This document shows positions 47,690 to 61,008 of a stretch of 61,008 nucleotides of DNA, piece after piece. The notes under the pieces were generated by a model. That model was not told where the DNA came from. It did not search any database and worked only from the letters and a program-made list of their open reading frames with translations. The stretch's first letter is position 1. The number at the start of each line of letters is the position of its first letter. A program made the translations under genes and the position numbers. This DNA comes from Nemertoderma westbladi (lineage: Eukaryota > Animalia > Xenacoelomorpha). The DNA lies in contig JAUCBJ010000465.1 of the NCBI GenBank assembly GCA_032718475.1, forward strand, positions 1-61,008, given 5' to 3'.

Positions 47690-48900
47690 TGCGAGAAAAG
47701 GGCTGATAAAACTGTTCAGAGTCCTCCATGCAGCATGATAAATGCTGAAAATAACATTTGAAGTTGTTCAGTTCAGAAGGCTTTGTGCAATATGAGAATG
47801 CCGAAAATAGCTGTTGAAACTGTTCAGAGGCCTTCGTGCAGCATGATAAATGCTGAAAAAGGCTGTTGAAACCGCTAAAAGGCCTTCATGCAGCATGATA
47901 AATGCTGAAAATGGCTGTTGAAACTGCTAAAAGGCCTTCATGCAGCATAAGAAATACTAAAAAGAGCTGATAAGACTGTTCAGATCCTTCATGCAGCATG
48001 ATAAATGCTGAAAATAACATTTGAAGTTGTTCAGAGGGCTTTGTGCAATATGAGAATGTAGAAAATAGCTGTTGAAACTGTTCAGATGCCTTCGTGCAGC
48101 ATGATAAATGCCGAAAAGGGCTTTTGAAATTGCTAAAAGGCCTTCATGCAGCATGATAAATATTGAAATGAGCTGATAAAACTGTTCAGAGTCCTCAAGG
48201 CATCATGATAAATGTTGAAAATAACATTTGAAGTTGTTCAGAGGACTTCGTGCAGTATGAGAATGCCGAAAATAGCTGTTGCATCTGTTTAGAGGCCTTC
48301 GTGCAGCATGGGAAATGCTGAAAAGAGCTGTTGAATCTGTTAAAAGCCCTCGTGCAGCATGAGAAATACTGAGAAGAGCACATAAAACTGTTCAGAATCC
48401 TTCATGCAGCATGATAAATGCTGAAAAGAACAGTTGAAATTGTTCCGACTTCCGAGGGCTTCGTGCAACATGAGAAATGTTGAAAATAGCTGTTAGAACT
48501 GTTCAGACAGTCAGAGACCTTCATGATCATGAGTTCATGCAGCATGAGAAAGGCTGAAAAGAGCTGTTGAAACTGTTAAAAGGAATTCGTAAAGCATGAT
48601 AAATGCTGAAATGAGCTGTTTAAATTGTTCAGAGGTCTTTGTGCAGCTTCATAAATACAGAAATAGCTGCGAAATTATCCAGGCCTTCGCGCCTGTAAAA
48701 GGCTTTGAAACTGTAAAAGGTTTTGAAACTGTTCTGAAGCCTTTGCGATCGTCGCAATTTTCCAACCATGCAAACACGAATTATTGAAACAATTCAGAGG
48801 CCTTCGTGTGTTCGTGCAACATGGGAAATACTGAAAAGGACTTTTAAAACGGTTGTTAAACAAATACTGAAACTAAATGCCAAATAATATAAATGCTGAA
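47690..48900. repeat. Satellite, ~52-bp diverged monomer, ~23 copies with higher-order structure
   Basis: Consensus GCAGCATGATAAATGCTGAAAATAGCTGTTGAAACTGTTCAGAGGCCTTCGT. Confidence 0.88.
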
Positions 48901-50048
48901 ATGATCAGACCACCCTGAAAACATACAGTAGCTGTTAACACTGTAACATGCCAAGCCAAACAGCCAAACGCCAATACTGATAAACAACAACACTCAGACA
49001 CTGGGCAGCTGGGAGGTATCAGAGATGGTTGGGGAGAACTACCGGTACTATTATTTATTTATTACTTCTTTAAAAAAAGGGGGGGGGGGGAAACTGGACG
49101 CAAATAACAGATGATTACTCTCAAAAATAAAACTGTAACCTGTTCTATTGTGTTAGTTTATTTTTTTGGTTAAAATAATGTGCCACTGTAACCTGCTCCT
49201 TTCCATAAATTGAGAATTTAACAATGAGGCTGGATATTAATTTTCGCCAAGGCGACAAACTGACAAAATTGTTTGAAAGAATGAGTCCGTCAGGTTTCAT
49301 TGTCATATTAGTTCAGACAGTCCCATACTGCCATAAAAGCATAACGCAAACCATAACCCCTTCTGCTATCTGGCTATGTGATTTTTTTGTGCGCCGAACG
49401 CGACGCGGCGCGGACAAAAATGTGCGCCTGCGCAGTCGGAAACAGTGCAAAATCCGCGTGCGCAGCAGAAAAACTGCGCGAGATTGGCCCGCGAAGCAGA
49501 AATTCTGCACGAGATTGGCGCGCACAGCAGAAATACTGCGCGAAATCTCCTACCACCTAGACCTGCCTGCCTACTGGTCGAAGCACACCCAGACACCAAG
49601 TAAGAGGCTTATTACTGTATTATCTCATATCTGTATTACTGTATTGTCATTACCCTGTTTGCTGTTACCGGTAGTCGGCAGACTGCCAGGCAGGGGTAGG
49701 CGTAGGCCTACTGGCCTACTTACTGACTTGTGCTGTAGTCGTGTAGTGCAAGTCTGAGCCGCGCTATCAATTTTCTGAGCCTGCCTGCCTGCAGGCCTGT
49801 GCGGTGCCGCGCTCTCAATTTTCTGCGCCTGCTCCAAATTCTGGAAAAAATTGTGCGCCGAACACGTTCGGCATAAGCCTACATGCCCTACTTAGCAGAA
49901 TGGCCACAACCCGATAACCACCTGACTGCCTGTGACCACCAGCTGACCAGACTGCCAGAGCTGCAGAGACCACCCGCACCCACTGACTGACTGACGCTGA
50001 CCCAGCCACATGGCTGCCTCTGCCTGGCTGCCTGGAGCCTGGACCACT

Positions 50049-53000
50049 CAGTAGGGAACATACCCTTAACAGCTTAAATAAGCTCCAAAAGTGGGTTCTT
50101 ATTTAAGGAAAATGGCTCTTATTTAGGGGTTTTTGGGCCTTTTTTGGATATTTTTTCGACATAATATGCAAGAACTTGTTTCAGTAAAAAATACCGCATA
50201 ATTTTATTTCACAATATAAAAGTTGGTTCTTTCTTGAACATAATGCAAAAAACCAGAAAACATTTCACCGTCCGGTTTTTTTTTCTACAAGTGTTTTAAA
50301 ATTGCATCAAAAATACGACCAGTTCCTAAATAAGAGGGATTTTTTAAATTTAGGCCTACCTTATTTAAGACATCGAAATTGTACACATAAATACTAAAAG
50401 TCCTTAAATAAGAACTTTTTGACATGGGTTTCTTATTTAGGTATACAATTTCATTCCAAAATCTGCATATTCCTTAAATAAATTAAATATTTCTCATTTC
50501 TCATATATTAAATTAAATAAATTAAATTAAATATCCTTATATAATGTATCTTATAACCTCGTCTCCCAGCCCCGTTCTCCTTCTGCCCTTATCTGCTTAT
50601 GACAGTATGACAGTTATGACCTACCTGCCTGCCTAACCTTGACAGGACATTGCAAGATGCAGAGATAAGGGAGCTTCTGAGCTTAATTGGATAGGTGCAA
50701 AAATGCACAACGAGCAACAATGACCAAAAAATAGCAACAACGAGCAACAAATGAACAATGAGTAACAAAACAACGAGCAACAACGAGCAACAATGCAGCA
50801 ATGAGCAACAACGAGTAACATTGTGCAACAATGAGCAATAATAAAGTACAACAACGAGCAATAATGAGGAACAACGACTGAACGAGTAACAATGAGCAAC
50901 TACCGACTACGAACTACGAGTAACATTGAGCAACAACGAGCAAAAGTGAGCAATAATAAAGTACAACAACGAGCAACAATAAGTAACAGCGAGAAACAGC
51001 GATCAACAATGAGGAACAACGACTGAACGAGCAATAATAAAGTGCAACAACGAGAAACAACGACCAATAATTAGGACTCGAGGAACAACGAGTAACAATG
51101 AGCAACAATGACAATGAGTAACAACGAGTAACATTGAGCAATAATAATTTTAATAAAGTATAACAACGAGTACCATTGAGCAACAAAGAGCAACAATGAG
51201 AAATACTGAGCAACAATGAGCAATAATAAAGAACAACAACGAGCAATAATGAGCAACAACGACTGAACGAGCAACAACGAGTTATATTGAGCAACGAGTT
51301 ATATTGAGCAGCAATGAGCAATAATAAAGCTGTAAAGTACAACAACGAGCAACAATGAGCAACAACGACTGAACGAGCAACAACGAGTAATATTGAGCAA
51401 CAATGAGCAATAATAAAGTACAACAACGAGAAACAACGAGCAACAATGAGGAACAACGATTGAACGAGCAATAATAAAGTACAACAACGAGCAACAATGA
51501 GCAACAGCGAGCAATAATAGAGTACAACGAGCAACAATGAGCAATAATAAAGAACAACAACGAGCAACAATGAGCAATAATAAAGAACAACAACGAGCAA
51601 CAATGAGCAACAACGAGAAACATTGAGCAATAATGAGCAACAACGACTGAACGAGCAATACAACGAGTTATATTGAGCAACAACGAGTTATATTGAGCAA
51701 CAATGAGCAATAATAAAGTACAACAACGAGCAACAATGAGCAACAACGAGTAATATTGAGCAACAATGAGCAATAATAAAGTACAACAACGAGAAACAAC
51801 GATTGAACGAGCAATAATAAAGTGCAACAACGAGCAACAATGAGCAACAGCGAGCAATAATAGAGTACAACGAGCAACAACGAGCAATAATAAAGTACAA
51901 CTAACGAGCAACAATGAGCACCAACAAGCAGCAATGAGCAACAATGACCAACAATGAGGAAAAATGACCAACAACGAGAAATAATAAAGCACAACAAGCA
52001 GCAATGAGCAAGAACGAGCAACAAACTGCGTCGAACCGGATTGAATGTGGGGGAGAGCCACGTTCAAGTGAGCGAAGCCTTAGCTGGGGGTGCTATTAAC
52101 TATTTTATGGGTGCTATTAACGAGTTGTCTGTTGTTGTTGTACATTTTTTATCGCTAATAACTCGGTCATTCCTTGATGAAATTAAACGAAATTTAGTAT
52201 GTATGTAGTCTGTCAAAAGATTAGAAATAATCTGAAGTTTGGTGGGCCCCCTATCAGCTAGGGCTAGCTAAGGCTTTGATCACTTCATGCTGCGCAAAGG
52301 TCCCACGAACGTGTCCCACTCCTGCCTTAGCCAGTTGAGCCAAAACGTCATCCAGTCCTGCAGTCATCATCTTTAACCTTCATAACGTCTATCAGCTGCC
52401 TGACCGAACCATCTTTGTTCCTATTGACATGACATTGACATTGGTTTTTCACACCTTTCAAGTACAACATTGTGGACAATCCATCAAAGTGGGGCGTAAC
52501 GCGGAGCAGAAGAGGAAATGCAGGACACAAGTTCGTTTTTCGAAACTGTGCGGCGATGTCCAGTTACTTGAGTCATGTCTCATCGAAATACGTGACAATG
52601 TATGTGCGCTCAGATGGGCGATGGGCTATTCTTTTGAATATCAATGGGCTGTTCTATGCTACCATGTGAGGTAAGAATGCCAGTGCTAGCAACTTCATTA
52701 TGATACGATATTCTATAGAGGATTTATAGAGTGCAGTGCAACCATAGTCCTTATCCTTAACCCAACAATTAGCAATATACAGACTGACATAAATCAAAGA
52801 ATTATGAAAGAAGTGTAACACATACTGTAAGGAATAAGGAATATTTATTTTATTTAAGGAATGTGCAGATTTTGGAATACAAGTGTATTCCTAAATAAGA
52901 AACCCAGGTCAAAAAGTTCTTATTTAGGGACTTTTAGTATTTATGTGTACAAATTTCGATATCTTAAATAAGGTAAATTTAAAAAATCCCCCTTATTTAG

Positions 53001-53268
53001 GAACTAGTCGTATTTTTGATGCAATTTTAAAACGCTTGTAGAAAAAAAACCGGACGGTGAAATGTTTTCTGGTTTTTTGCTTTATGTTCAAGAAAGACCC
53101 AACTTTTACATTGTGAAATAAAATTATGCGGTATTTTTTCCTGAAACAAGTTATTGCATATTATATCGAAAAAATATCCAAAAAAGGCCCAAAAACCCCT
53201 AAATAAGAGCCATTTTCCTTAAATAAGAACCCACTTTTGGAGCTTATTTAAGGGTATGTTCCCTACTG
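50049..53268. mobile_element. Non-autonomous DNA transposon with ~440-bp TIRs and 5-bp TSD (Transib-like by TSD length)
   Basis: CAGTAGGGAACATACCCTTAA...TTAAGGGTATGTTCCCTACTG; TSD CCACT at 50044-50048 and 53269-53273. Superfamily assignment is tentative. Confidence 0.88.
50705..52025. repeat. Low-complexity CAA/ACGAG/ATGAG satellite
   Basis: Mosaic of ACGAGCAACAATGAGCAATAATAAAGTACAACA; source of the many L/V/C-rich minus-strand ORFs. Confidence 0.92.
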
Positions 53269-53283
53269 CCACTGCTGCACTGT

Positions 53284-55197
53284 CAGTCGGTGAGAAGTCA
53301 AAAATTGGACTTGAGTCCAAAATTGGACTTCGACTCCAGTTCAAGTCCAAATTTGGACTTCTGTGAGTCCAATATTGGACTTCAAATCAGCCAATTGTTC
53401 CAGGGCCTCGGTTAATTGGATCGGGCGGGATTTTATTTTTTTAATCGAAAGTATATCAAAAAATAAGAGTTTTGAACAGGGGGACCTGAAATTCACCAGG
53501 GGGAACTTTTTTTATAAGGCTTTGAATTATTACAAAAGTCCAATATTGGACTTTAAGTCCAATTTTGGACGTGATATTGAGAATCAAACTTAAAGGTACA
53601 TGAAGCATGACAGATGAGAGACAGCCAGACAGCTATTAAGTAATGGAAAGTTACCTTTGCAGCTCTCTGTATGTATCTTCAGCGTACTGTACTTAGAATA
53701 TAATCTGATAACAGGATAATGGTACATTCTAGCATTCTAGGTAGGCCTACTTTGTACTTTACTTTTAGTATATTGTTTAGTTTACATTTATGTTATTTCT
53801 AACCTTACAGCCTTATGTCCCCAGGACTTTAGAGTCTTTAGGACTAGATTGGATTATGCTCCAAAAAATATTTAATTACAAATTATAATTGGTGGAAACT
53901 GGTACCAATGCCAGGTTTGCCAACTGCAGCTGCTGCTAAGGCTAACTACAGTACAAGCTACGCTACGATTTCGTCTAAGCCTATGGGAGCCCTATCAGAA
54001 AGAAATACTACAAGTTGATGCTACCACCATCTCTTCTAATTTTTCCATACAACAGGAAGGGTATTTTAAAACGGCTGGATAATGAAAGGGGATTAACTGA
54101 TTAACGTGTTGGGGTCTTCACATAATAAAACATGAACCAATTGGGGGAAAGGAACAGGTTACAGAGGCAGGCTTTTCTAACTAAAACAATAAACGGCCAC
54201 TTTTGACTTTACCAATTGAAGGAGCCCTATCACCACATACAGACATAGGGCATGTGCTTATACATACAGAAGCAGGCTTTTCTAACCAACTACTACTACA
54301 ATCGGCATGCTGCATTGCAGCTGCATTATATATATAGGCCCTATTAAGAATGCTGTGCCGGCTTGTTGACAAAATTGCGCCTCCACAACTCCCTTACAGC
54401 TTATCACCCATGACATTTGTTAGATCATCCGCATCTCCAAGGCCAGTGTCCTTTAAGACAGTAAGAAAGATGCGTCTCAAGAAAGTCATGGGCTGTCCAC
54501 CATGCTTATTCACTCCATGAGGTGCACTGGCTGGTCCTCACAGTGAAAGCAATGTCCTGCAAAGCGGAGACGGCTTTGTTCTAGTGTCAAGCTTGGCAGC
54601 TTGGGGGAACCAATGAGACACCTCCAACTCCAACTCATGTTATATAGCGTCTGGTTGGAGATGTGTGCATTGTACTTGACACAGTGAACCTAATCCAAAC
54701 AATTAGTCAATAAACATTAACTCAATAACATAATAGGTTACAGTTTACAGTAGTCTTATTTTTGCCTTACGAAAATACCACAGGTATGGGTATGAATGAA
54801 CTAGGCCTATACAGCTATAACTCAACTACCGCGGTACGGTATACACCGCTAACTGGCTAAGGCAGTAAGGCTACCGCAAAGTCATACCACTACCGCAAAA
54901 AGTAACTACTGATGTCTGACTGTATTTATGCGATCCCTGCCTGCCTGCTTATAATACTTAGAATAATTAATTTGATCATTAAAATAATGTTGCATTGTCA
55001 GATTGTAATTATGTAATATGCATGATATGTATGTACTGATGCGGGATGCAGTTTTAATTTAAATACCGATATATACAGTATACAGTATGGGTACACTTGG
55101 AGTTGTACTCAAGTCCAATATTGGACTTCGGAGTCCAAAATTGGACTTGAAGTCTAAAATTGGACTTGAAGTCCAATTTTTGACTTCTCACCGACTG
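53284..55197. mobile_element. Non-autonomous DNA transposon, ~29-bp TIR, 5-bp TSD
   Basis: CAGTCGGTGAGAAGTCAAAAATTGGACTT at both ends; TSD ACTGT at 53279-53283 and 55198-55202; subterminal palindromes AAGTCCAATATTGGACTT. Confidence 0.9.
54400..54690 (-). mobile_element. RTE LINE 3' relic
   Basis: Minus-strand HISNQTLY...RLRFAGHCF...LKDTGL; a ~45-bp related piece lies at ~9886-9933 on +. Confidence 0.65.
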
Positions 55198-55207
55198 ACT
55201 GTACGTG

Positions 55208-55975
55208 CCAGGTTGGAATTCATGCATGAGCGCGCAGGTACGCTTTGTTGTTTTGAGATCACCGCGCACATGAAATTGGCTCGTCGCGCACCTCATCATC
55301 CATACAAAATCGCGCAGCTCATGTCATGCATATCTCAAAAAATCGTGCAGGTCATATGAACAATTTTACATTCCTATTTTACAGCTTTGAGCGTTTTAAG
55401 CTTATCTTAGTATCGTAGCTTATCTTGTCTGTCTGTACGTTGAATCTACATAATACATGTAATTTTTGCAACATCAAAATTGTTAATATTAAAAAATATT
55501 TTTTGAATCCACTACATTTACATTTGAAAATACATTACTCTACTGTATAAAATTTGAATAAATACCGTATGCAATAGTTAAGTCATACTTATAATACATT
55601 TGTCTACACTTTCTTTTCCGACTTTACCTGTTTACTAACGAAACATAGGCAATAGGCATAGGCCTAATAACAATAGAGTACTGTCACTGTAGTTAAAAAA
55701 AATAGACAAATTCAGCTCCGGTTGCCTGTACAGTATTACAGTATTATGGAGAAATGATTTGACAGTTTGAAGAATTGTAAATGAGAAATAACGCGAGCGA
55801 AGCGAGCGAAATTTTTTTGTGTATTTTCGTGATTTCAATTAATTTGTGGCGCGCATCAGAGCTGCGCGCTGAGGCGCAACGCGCACCTGTCTCACCCAAA
55901 TGCGCAACGCGCATCTGGTTTGCGGTCATTCGTGCAGGTACGCGTCCGAGGTTTGCAGCATGAATTCCAACCTGG
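55208..55975. mobile_element. hAT-like MITE, 768 bp
   Basis: 18-bp TIR CCAGGTTGGAATTCATGC; 8-bp TSD TGTACGTG at 55200-55207 and 55976-55983. Confidence 0.88.
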
Positions 55976-56249
55976 TGTACGTGTACAGTTATCAGCAGCA
56001 ACGTACATACTACATACGTCATACGTCAGGATGGAGGTCTGTAGTCTGGTAGTCAGGTAGCCTAGTTGAGTTACCGGTCAGCCGGTACCGGACCATCTGA
56101 CTGCTAACTTGCATCAGCTAACTTGCATCAGTCAGCTTGTCAGTAGTGACAAGACAACTGGACTGGACTGGAACTCATCAGCTGACAATGCAAGTTGACT
56201 TGTTCCGTTGTTTTGAGTGTACAAATGAAATTAAAAGGCAAATTAAAGA

Positions 56250-58420
56250 TGAAAAATCAAAAACCTAAAAACCTAGTTTTAGGCTTTTTTCAAATTTTAG
56301 GTTTTTGACAAAAACCTACAAAAACCTAGGTTTACAAAAACCTACTTTGCCAGCCCTGTGCAGCCCTGACGGGTTCTGGTAAAATGAAAAGCGCGCCAGG
56401 CAGCCAGGTGACAGTGGCCAGTGCCAGCCATGACAGCATGACAGCATGAGCCCATGACATTCAATGCTCGCCAACCATTCACCAATAAATTTCGCAATTA
56501 TTAGGTACTTACTGTCAGACTGTCTGACTGACTGTATTATACTGTTATATAGTAGGCCTAATAATTTATCAGTTTATACTGCAGCAGACTTACAGTATTA
56601 AAGGTTATCGTTCATATGCATACCGATGGTGTTACAGTGGTGGTGTTTTCTAACCAAAACAATAAACTAATCTCCATTACTTAATTAACGGAAAGCCTAT
56701 ATGGAATATTGACAAAAAGCGCGCCACACGGATTCTGGTTAAACGAAAAGCGCGCCAGCCATGACATTCAATGTGCGCCAATCATTGAAAGATTGACCAT
56801 TAAATTTTGCAATTATTGTAATCATTTATCAGTTTATACTGCAGTACCACTCCTACTGTCCTACAGTATTTTAACATGAAAATGCGAGCCCTGCGAGCAA
56901 GAAAATTTTGCAGAAACGTAAACATGAATAGGCGTAAAGTACTGAAGTAATACTGTAATAGGGCCTATTCAGAATTCAGATAGAGATAGTAGGTCAACCG
57001 AAGGTTTTTAAATACATATGTGATTAAACTGTTAAATCGCGAGCGTAGCGAGCAATAAAATTTTAACATTTTTGGGTCAACCGACTATTTATACCTACAG
57101 ATGTGATTATGAATTACATCGGAGTGTAGCGAGCACGGAAAATCTGCTGAATCGTGGTTTTAGGCTATATTGGCAGATTGGTGTGAACAATTGAAAAACC
57201 TTTCAAACAAGTCATATTTTGAAAGACATTAAAACTTTGGCCTGATTGGCCATGATGATTAACGTGGATTGGATACGGTACCTTCAATGCCCAATCTGTC
57301 GGTTTGTCCACAATGTGGGAGTGCAAAACAGTTCAAGGCCAGAAGGCACGGAACTACTTCTATAGGCAGATAGGTTAATAAACAAATACTGTAATAAAAT
57401 ATCACTGTATGTAATCAAATATCCCTATTCTATTATAGTTTAGTCATTAGAATGATGAATAAGAGTAGAGCGCATAGGCAGATAGGCAGGTATAATACAC
57501 AAACGCGAGCGAAGCGAGCGAAACATTTTAAGGCCTAGGCCTAACTCTTTTTAAAATAAGACTCTACTGACTGGTAGACCGATATAATTTGAAGTAGAGT
57601 GGCTGGATATGTTGTACAGTTGTATGTTGCCATGCCAATGCATTTTGCTACTGTACTAGTGTAGGCCTACATGACATCAATTTCCGCGCCAGGATCCTCA
57701 ATGCGCGCCACACACCCCTGTTCCTTCACGCCAGGATCCTAAATGCGCGCCACACGCCCCTGTCCCTTCGCGCCATGATCCTAAATGCGCGCCACACATG
57801 TTTAGCAAACTCTACATAAATTCCAACCTGGACGGAAAGGAGCAGGTTACAGTGGTGGGCTTTTCTAACCAAAACAATAAACATTATCTCAATAACATAG
57901 GGTATTTCATACCGGTACTTATAGTCTTATTTTTGCAATACGAAAATACCATCCAGCCATCGGTACGGATATGAACTATAATTGTATTAAAATATTAAAA
58001 GGCGAGCGTAGCGAGCAAATAAATTTTGCAGAAATATTAAGATTAATACAATATTAGTCAGCTAGTTTGTCATAGGTCAAGGTCAACCAACTGTTTTTAA
58101 ATACAGATGTCATTAAAGAAAATTGCGAGCAAGAAAATTTTAACATTTATAGTACCTGTAGTAGGCCAACCAACTGTTTTCAAATATCAGAATATAGAAT
58201 ATGATTGATTATTGATTAAATTGAGAGCGTAGCGAGCATGAGAATGTGGTTTTATATTGGTTTGAACATTTGAAACAACTCATGTAGGTTAATAAACAGA
58301 TACAGTAGCCTAATACAGTACCGGTAATAGTAATACAGTAATAGGCTGATAGGGAAATTGAAATAATGGATATGAGTAGGATATAATTACAAATGCGAGC
58401 GAAAATTTTTAACTCTTTTT
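56250..58420. repeat. Mosaic of MITE fragments with internal direct repeats
   Basis: Orphan TIR-like ends (GCCAGCCCTG at 56358; AATTCCAACCTGG near 57831), repeated GCGAGCG(A/T)AGCGAGC motifs, duplicated blocks near 56370/56730 and 56990/58075, and a ~41-bp x3 repeat near 57685-57800. Confidence 0.55.
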
Positions 58421-58479
58421 AAACATAGGTCTACTGACAGACTGACTGACTGATATAGGCCTACACCATACAGCCATAA

Positions 58480-59780
58480 CCCTTAATTAGCTCGATAGCT
58501 CGATTATTTATATAAACTCATATCTAAATCGCAACATGGGTTCCTAAAGAAACGGTCTACCTGTACTCAATTATTGGAATGTACAACTGATTGGTGCAAT
58601 TTATTAGATAGTCGACAGAGCACGGACCACGGACACAATTTATATTGATTTTGCGAAAGCTTTTGATTCTGTTGTACATACAGACATCTGAAATTATTAT
58701 CTAAATTATCGGCATATGGTATATCTGGAGATTTATTATTGTGGTTATCGGCGTTTTTATCTGATCGTAGCCAACGTGTTGTTGTTGGAAATAGTTTTTG
58801 CGATGTCTGCTATGTACTATCTGGTACCCCTCAAGCTGTCAAGGTAGCGTACTTGGCCCTATATTGTTAGTGTTATTTATTAATGACCTACCTAATATAA
58901 TCGGTAATAGTGTATCATGCAAATTGTTCGCCGACGATGTAAAGCTGTATGCGCGCTCGTCCGATAATTTGCAACTCGCTGAAGCTATATCTGCTTTGGA
59001 AAAGTGGGCTGACTGGCTGATACATGGCAACTCAAAATTGCTGCTCATAAGTGCACCGTGCTTTACATCGGTTCGGCAGACCGAAGTGATACGCAGTACA
59101 TGCTGACATGTTAGGTGGTAAATTTTTAAAGAATGACACTTCTTGTAGAGACCTGGGTATTACAATGTGTAGTTCTCTTAATTTCGATGTTTATTGTCGT
59201 GAACAAGCTGCCAAGGCCCTAAAAATGACAAATTTGATTTTCAAGTGCTTTTTAACTTCGAATCGTTCTGCATTAATTACGGCTTTTAAATCTTATGTGC
59301 GTCCCTTATTAGAGTACTGTACGCCTATATGGTCTCCTTTTCATTTAGGTTGTATAGACTTACTTGAGTGGGTACAGAGATATTTTACGCGTCGCCTTTT
59401 TAAACGTTGTAATTTAGATTGTACAGTAAGCTATTTGAATCGAATTAACGTATTACAACTTCAACCCCTGGAAGTGCGCCGCATAATTTTTGACCTCAAG
59501 ATGACCTTCGCTCTTTCGAACAACGAAGTCGACCTAAACTTCGCTGACTTCCTTACCTTGGCCCCTAGGGGTGGGTTGAGAGGTCACGACCGTAAACTGT
59601 TTCATAAACAGTCGCGCTTGCAGATGTGCAAAAATAATTTTTCCCATAGAGTGGTGCCCATTTGGATGGAACTCGCTTCCAGCTGAAGTTGTAAATTGCC
59701 GTAATAAACTGTTATTTTCTCTAAGACTCAAAGAAATTAACCTACTTTCTTTTTGTAAGTTTAACCGGGATTTAGTGTAA
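58480..59780 (+). mobile_element. 5'-truncated, frameshifted CR1-clade LINE
   Basis: SQHGFLKKRST, YIDFAKAFDSV, QGSVLGP, LFADDVKLY, YVRPLLEYCTPIWSP, VQRYFTR, LRGHDRKL across ORFs 58798..59106 and 59108..59686. Confidence 0.92.
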
Positions 59781-60144
59781 TTATTGTAATTTCATTTGTA
59801 AATATAATATGTTTTTTATCTGTTCTACTTTATGTTTTTATCATATCTTTTATAATATCTACATACTATTAATTGATATCTGCCTTCTATATCTATATTT
59901 GTAATAATGTCATTTGTTATTCTGTACTACTTGGAACTCATGTATACGTTTTTAATTTAATATGGCATATTGTTACGTTTTTTATAAGATTTGTAAATTT
60001 TTAATAATATGCTGCTCTAGTGTACTGTTTATAGTATTTACCTGCATAATTTCAATATTTTTACTTCATTTCCGTTTAAATTTCCACTTGACAGTCAGGG
60101 AGATCATCAATTTTGGGGTTACCCCAAATTTCGAATTCTGGTAA

Positions 60145-60399
60145 TAGACTGTCGAAAATTGGGGTTTTTTGTTCAAATTTGAGGTATTTTTAGGCTCATA
60201 ATATCGAGTGTTGCTGCGACTTAGGGAAACTGTTGGAGCAACTTCTACTTTTAATATGTTAAAATATAATGTAAAATAAGAACTTTTATCGATGTAATAA
60301 ATTATTTCACCGATGCAAACATGCTTTTATTGGGGGCGAAAATTGAAATTTGAGGTTAAACCTCAAATTTGAGACAAAACCTCAAATTTCGCCAGTCTT
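60145..60399. mobile_element. Small MITE with ~38-bp imperfect TIRs
   Basis: AGACTGTCGAAAATTGGGGTTTTTTGTTCAAATTTGAGG matches the reverse complement of the right end, AGACTGGCGAAATTTGAGGTTTTGTCTCAAATTTGAGG. Confidence 0.5.
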
Positions 60400-61008
60400 T
60401 ACAACATCACCAGCCTGCCAGCAGTAGAGTGTGGCAGTAGGCTTTGCTGCTTAGTGCTTATAGAGCTTGGTGAGAATGGGTGACAAGTGTAACCTGTGAC
60501 ATGACATGTATGCAGGGTAGGCTTAACCTTACAGCACAGCAACTTACAGTCAATAACTTTAATGATTGTTAACTCCGTTAGTGATTGGTGAGGAAAATGC
60601 AGAAGACTAGAGAAATTCGCTATCCTTACAGCCTTCTGGCCTTACTATTGGTAAGAAGAACAATAGACCAAATCCTCACTGTTGCGAGATTCAAGCTCAC
60701 ACAGCTGCACAGTCACAGACTCAGGAAGGGATTCCAGAATTTGGAAGTTTACATATTCTGGCATTCATATGTCTGTATGTTCTGTTGATCATTCATATCA
60801 CACATCTTCGGGAAAAAAATATGTTTTATGGTTGTTGATGTCCTCTTTAAAACTTTGTATATCAAATTAAGCCATTCCTCTCCTGACAGCCTGAAGACTT
60901 AGGCTATGTAATATTCGCCTGCCCTAGCTCTATCTGTCAATTGGAATACTGTCTTTCTTCCACAGTTTGGAGCCCATTTCTAGAGAAATGTTGCCGCAAA
61001 GGTTGTGA

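Noticed and set aside
50589-52067. Many Leu/Val/Cys-rich membrane-protein-like ORFs
   Set aside because: Reverse-strand translations of a CAA-rich satellite lacking stop codons.
52429-52674. Exon-like segment ending GAG|GTAAGA inside the long-TIR transposon
   Set aside because: No recognisable protein in any frame; cannot distinguish captured cargo from chance.
60480-61008. Possible exons of a downstream gene (donor-like TTG|GTAAGA at 60650)
   Set aside because: No coherent ORF or homology, and the window ends.

Overview
AT-rich, repeat-dense genomic DNA from an invertebrate animal (spliceosomal GT-AG introns, LINEs, tRNA-derived SINEs, MITEs, LTRs). It is not prokaryotic, and most ORFs in the track are shadows of minisatellites. 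Main content: (1) A hand-assembled + strand gene with 9 coding exons (1958-20931, 562 aa) encoding a CD20/MS4A-like four-transmembrane protein with a ~345-aa second extracellular loop and PPxY motifs in both tails. Four of its eight coding-region introns begin with a tandem amplification of the preceding exon end plus 5' splice site (about 30, 20, 2 and 33 copies). A fifth array just downstream looks like an amplified 3' splice site on the opposite strand. (2) A ~6.9-kb near-identical duplication (24206-31157 vs 37666-44542) carrying a 5'-truncated CRE-type RLE retrotransposon and a C2H2 zinc-finger gene. The two copies differ mainly at zinc-finger DNA-contact codons. Between them lies a ~6.5-kb insert with a spliced, motor-less non-muscle myosin II tail gene, which can be joined in frame to the truncated zinc-finger exon through a GTACGTAT donor at the breakpoint (candidate new chimeric gene, ~494 aa). 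(3) Many transposon insertions with readable TSDs: an RTE LINE with a nested piggyBac-type MITE, SINEs, a solo LTR, three DNA transposons stacked in one ~20-bp site, and a CR1 remnant. All gene models are manual predictions without transcript evidence.
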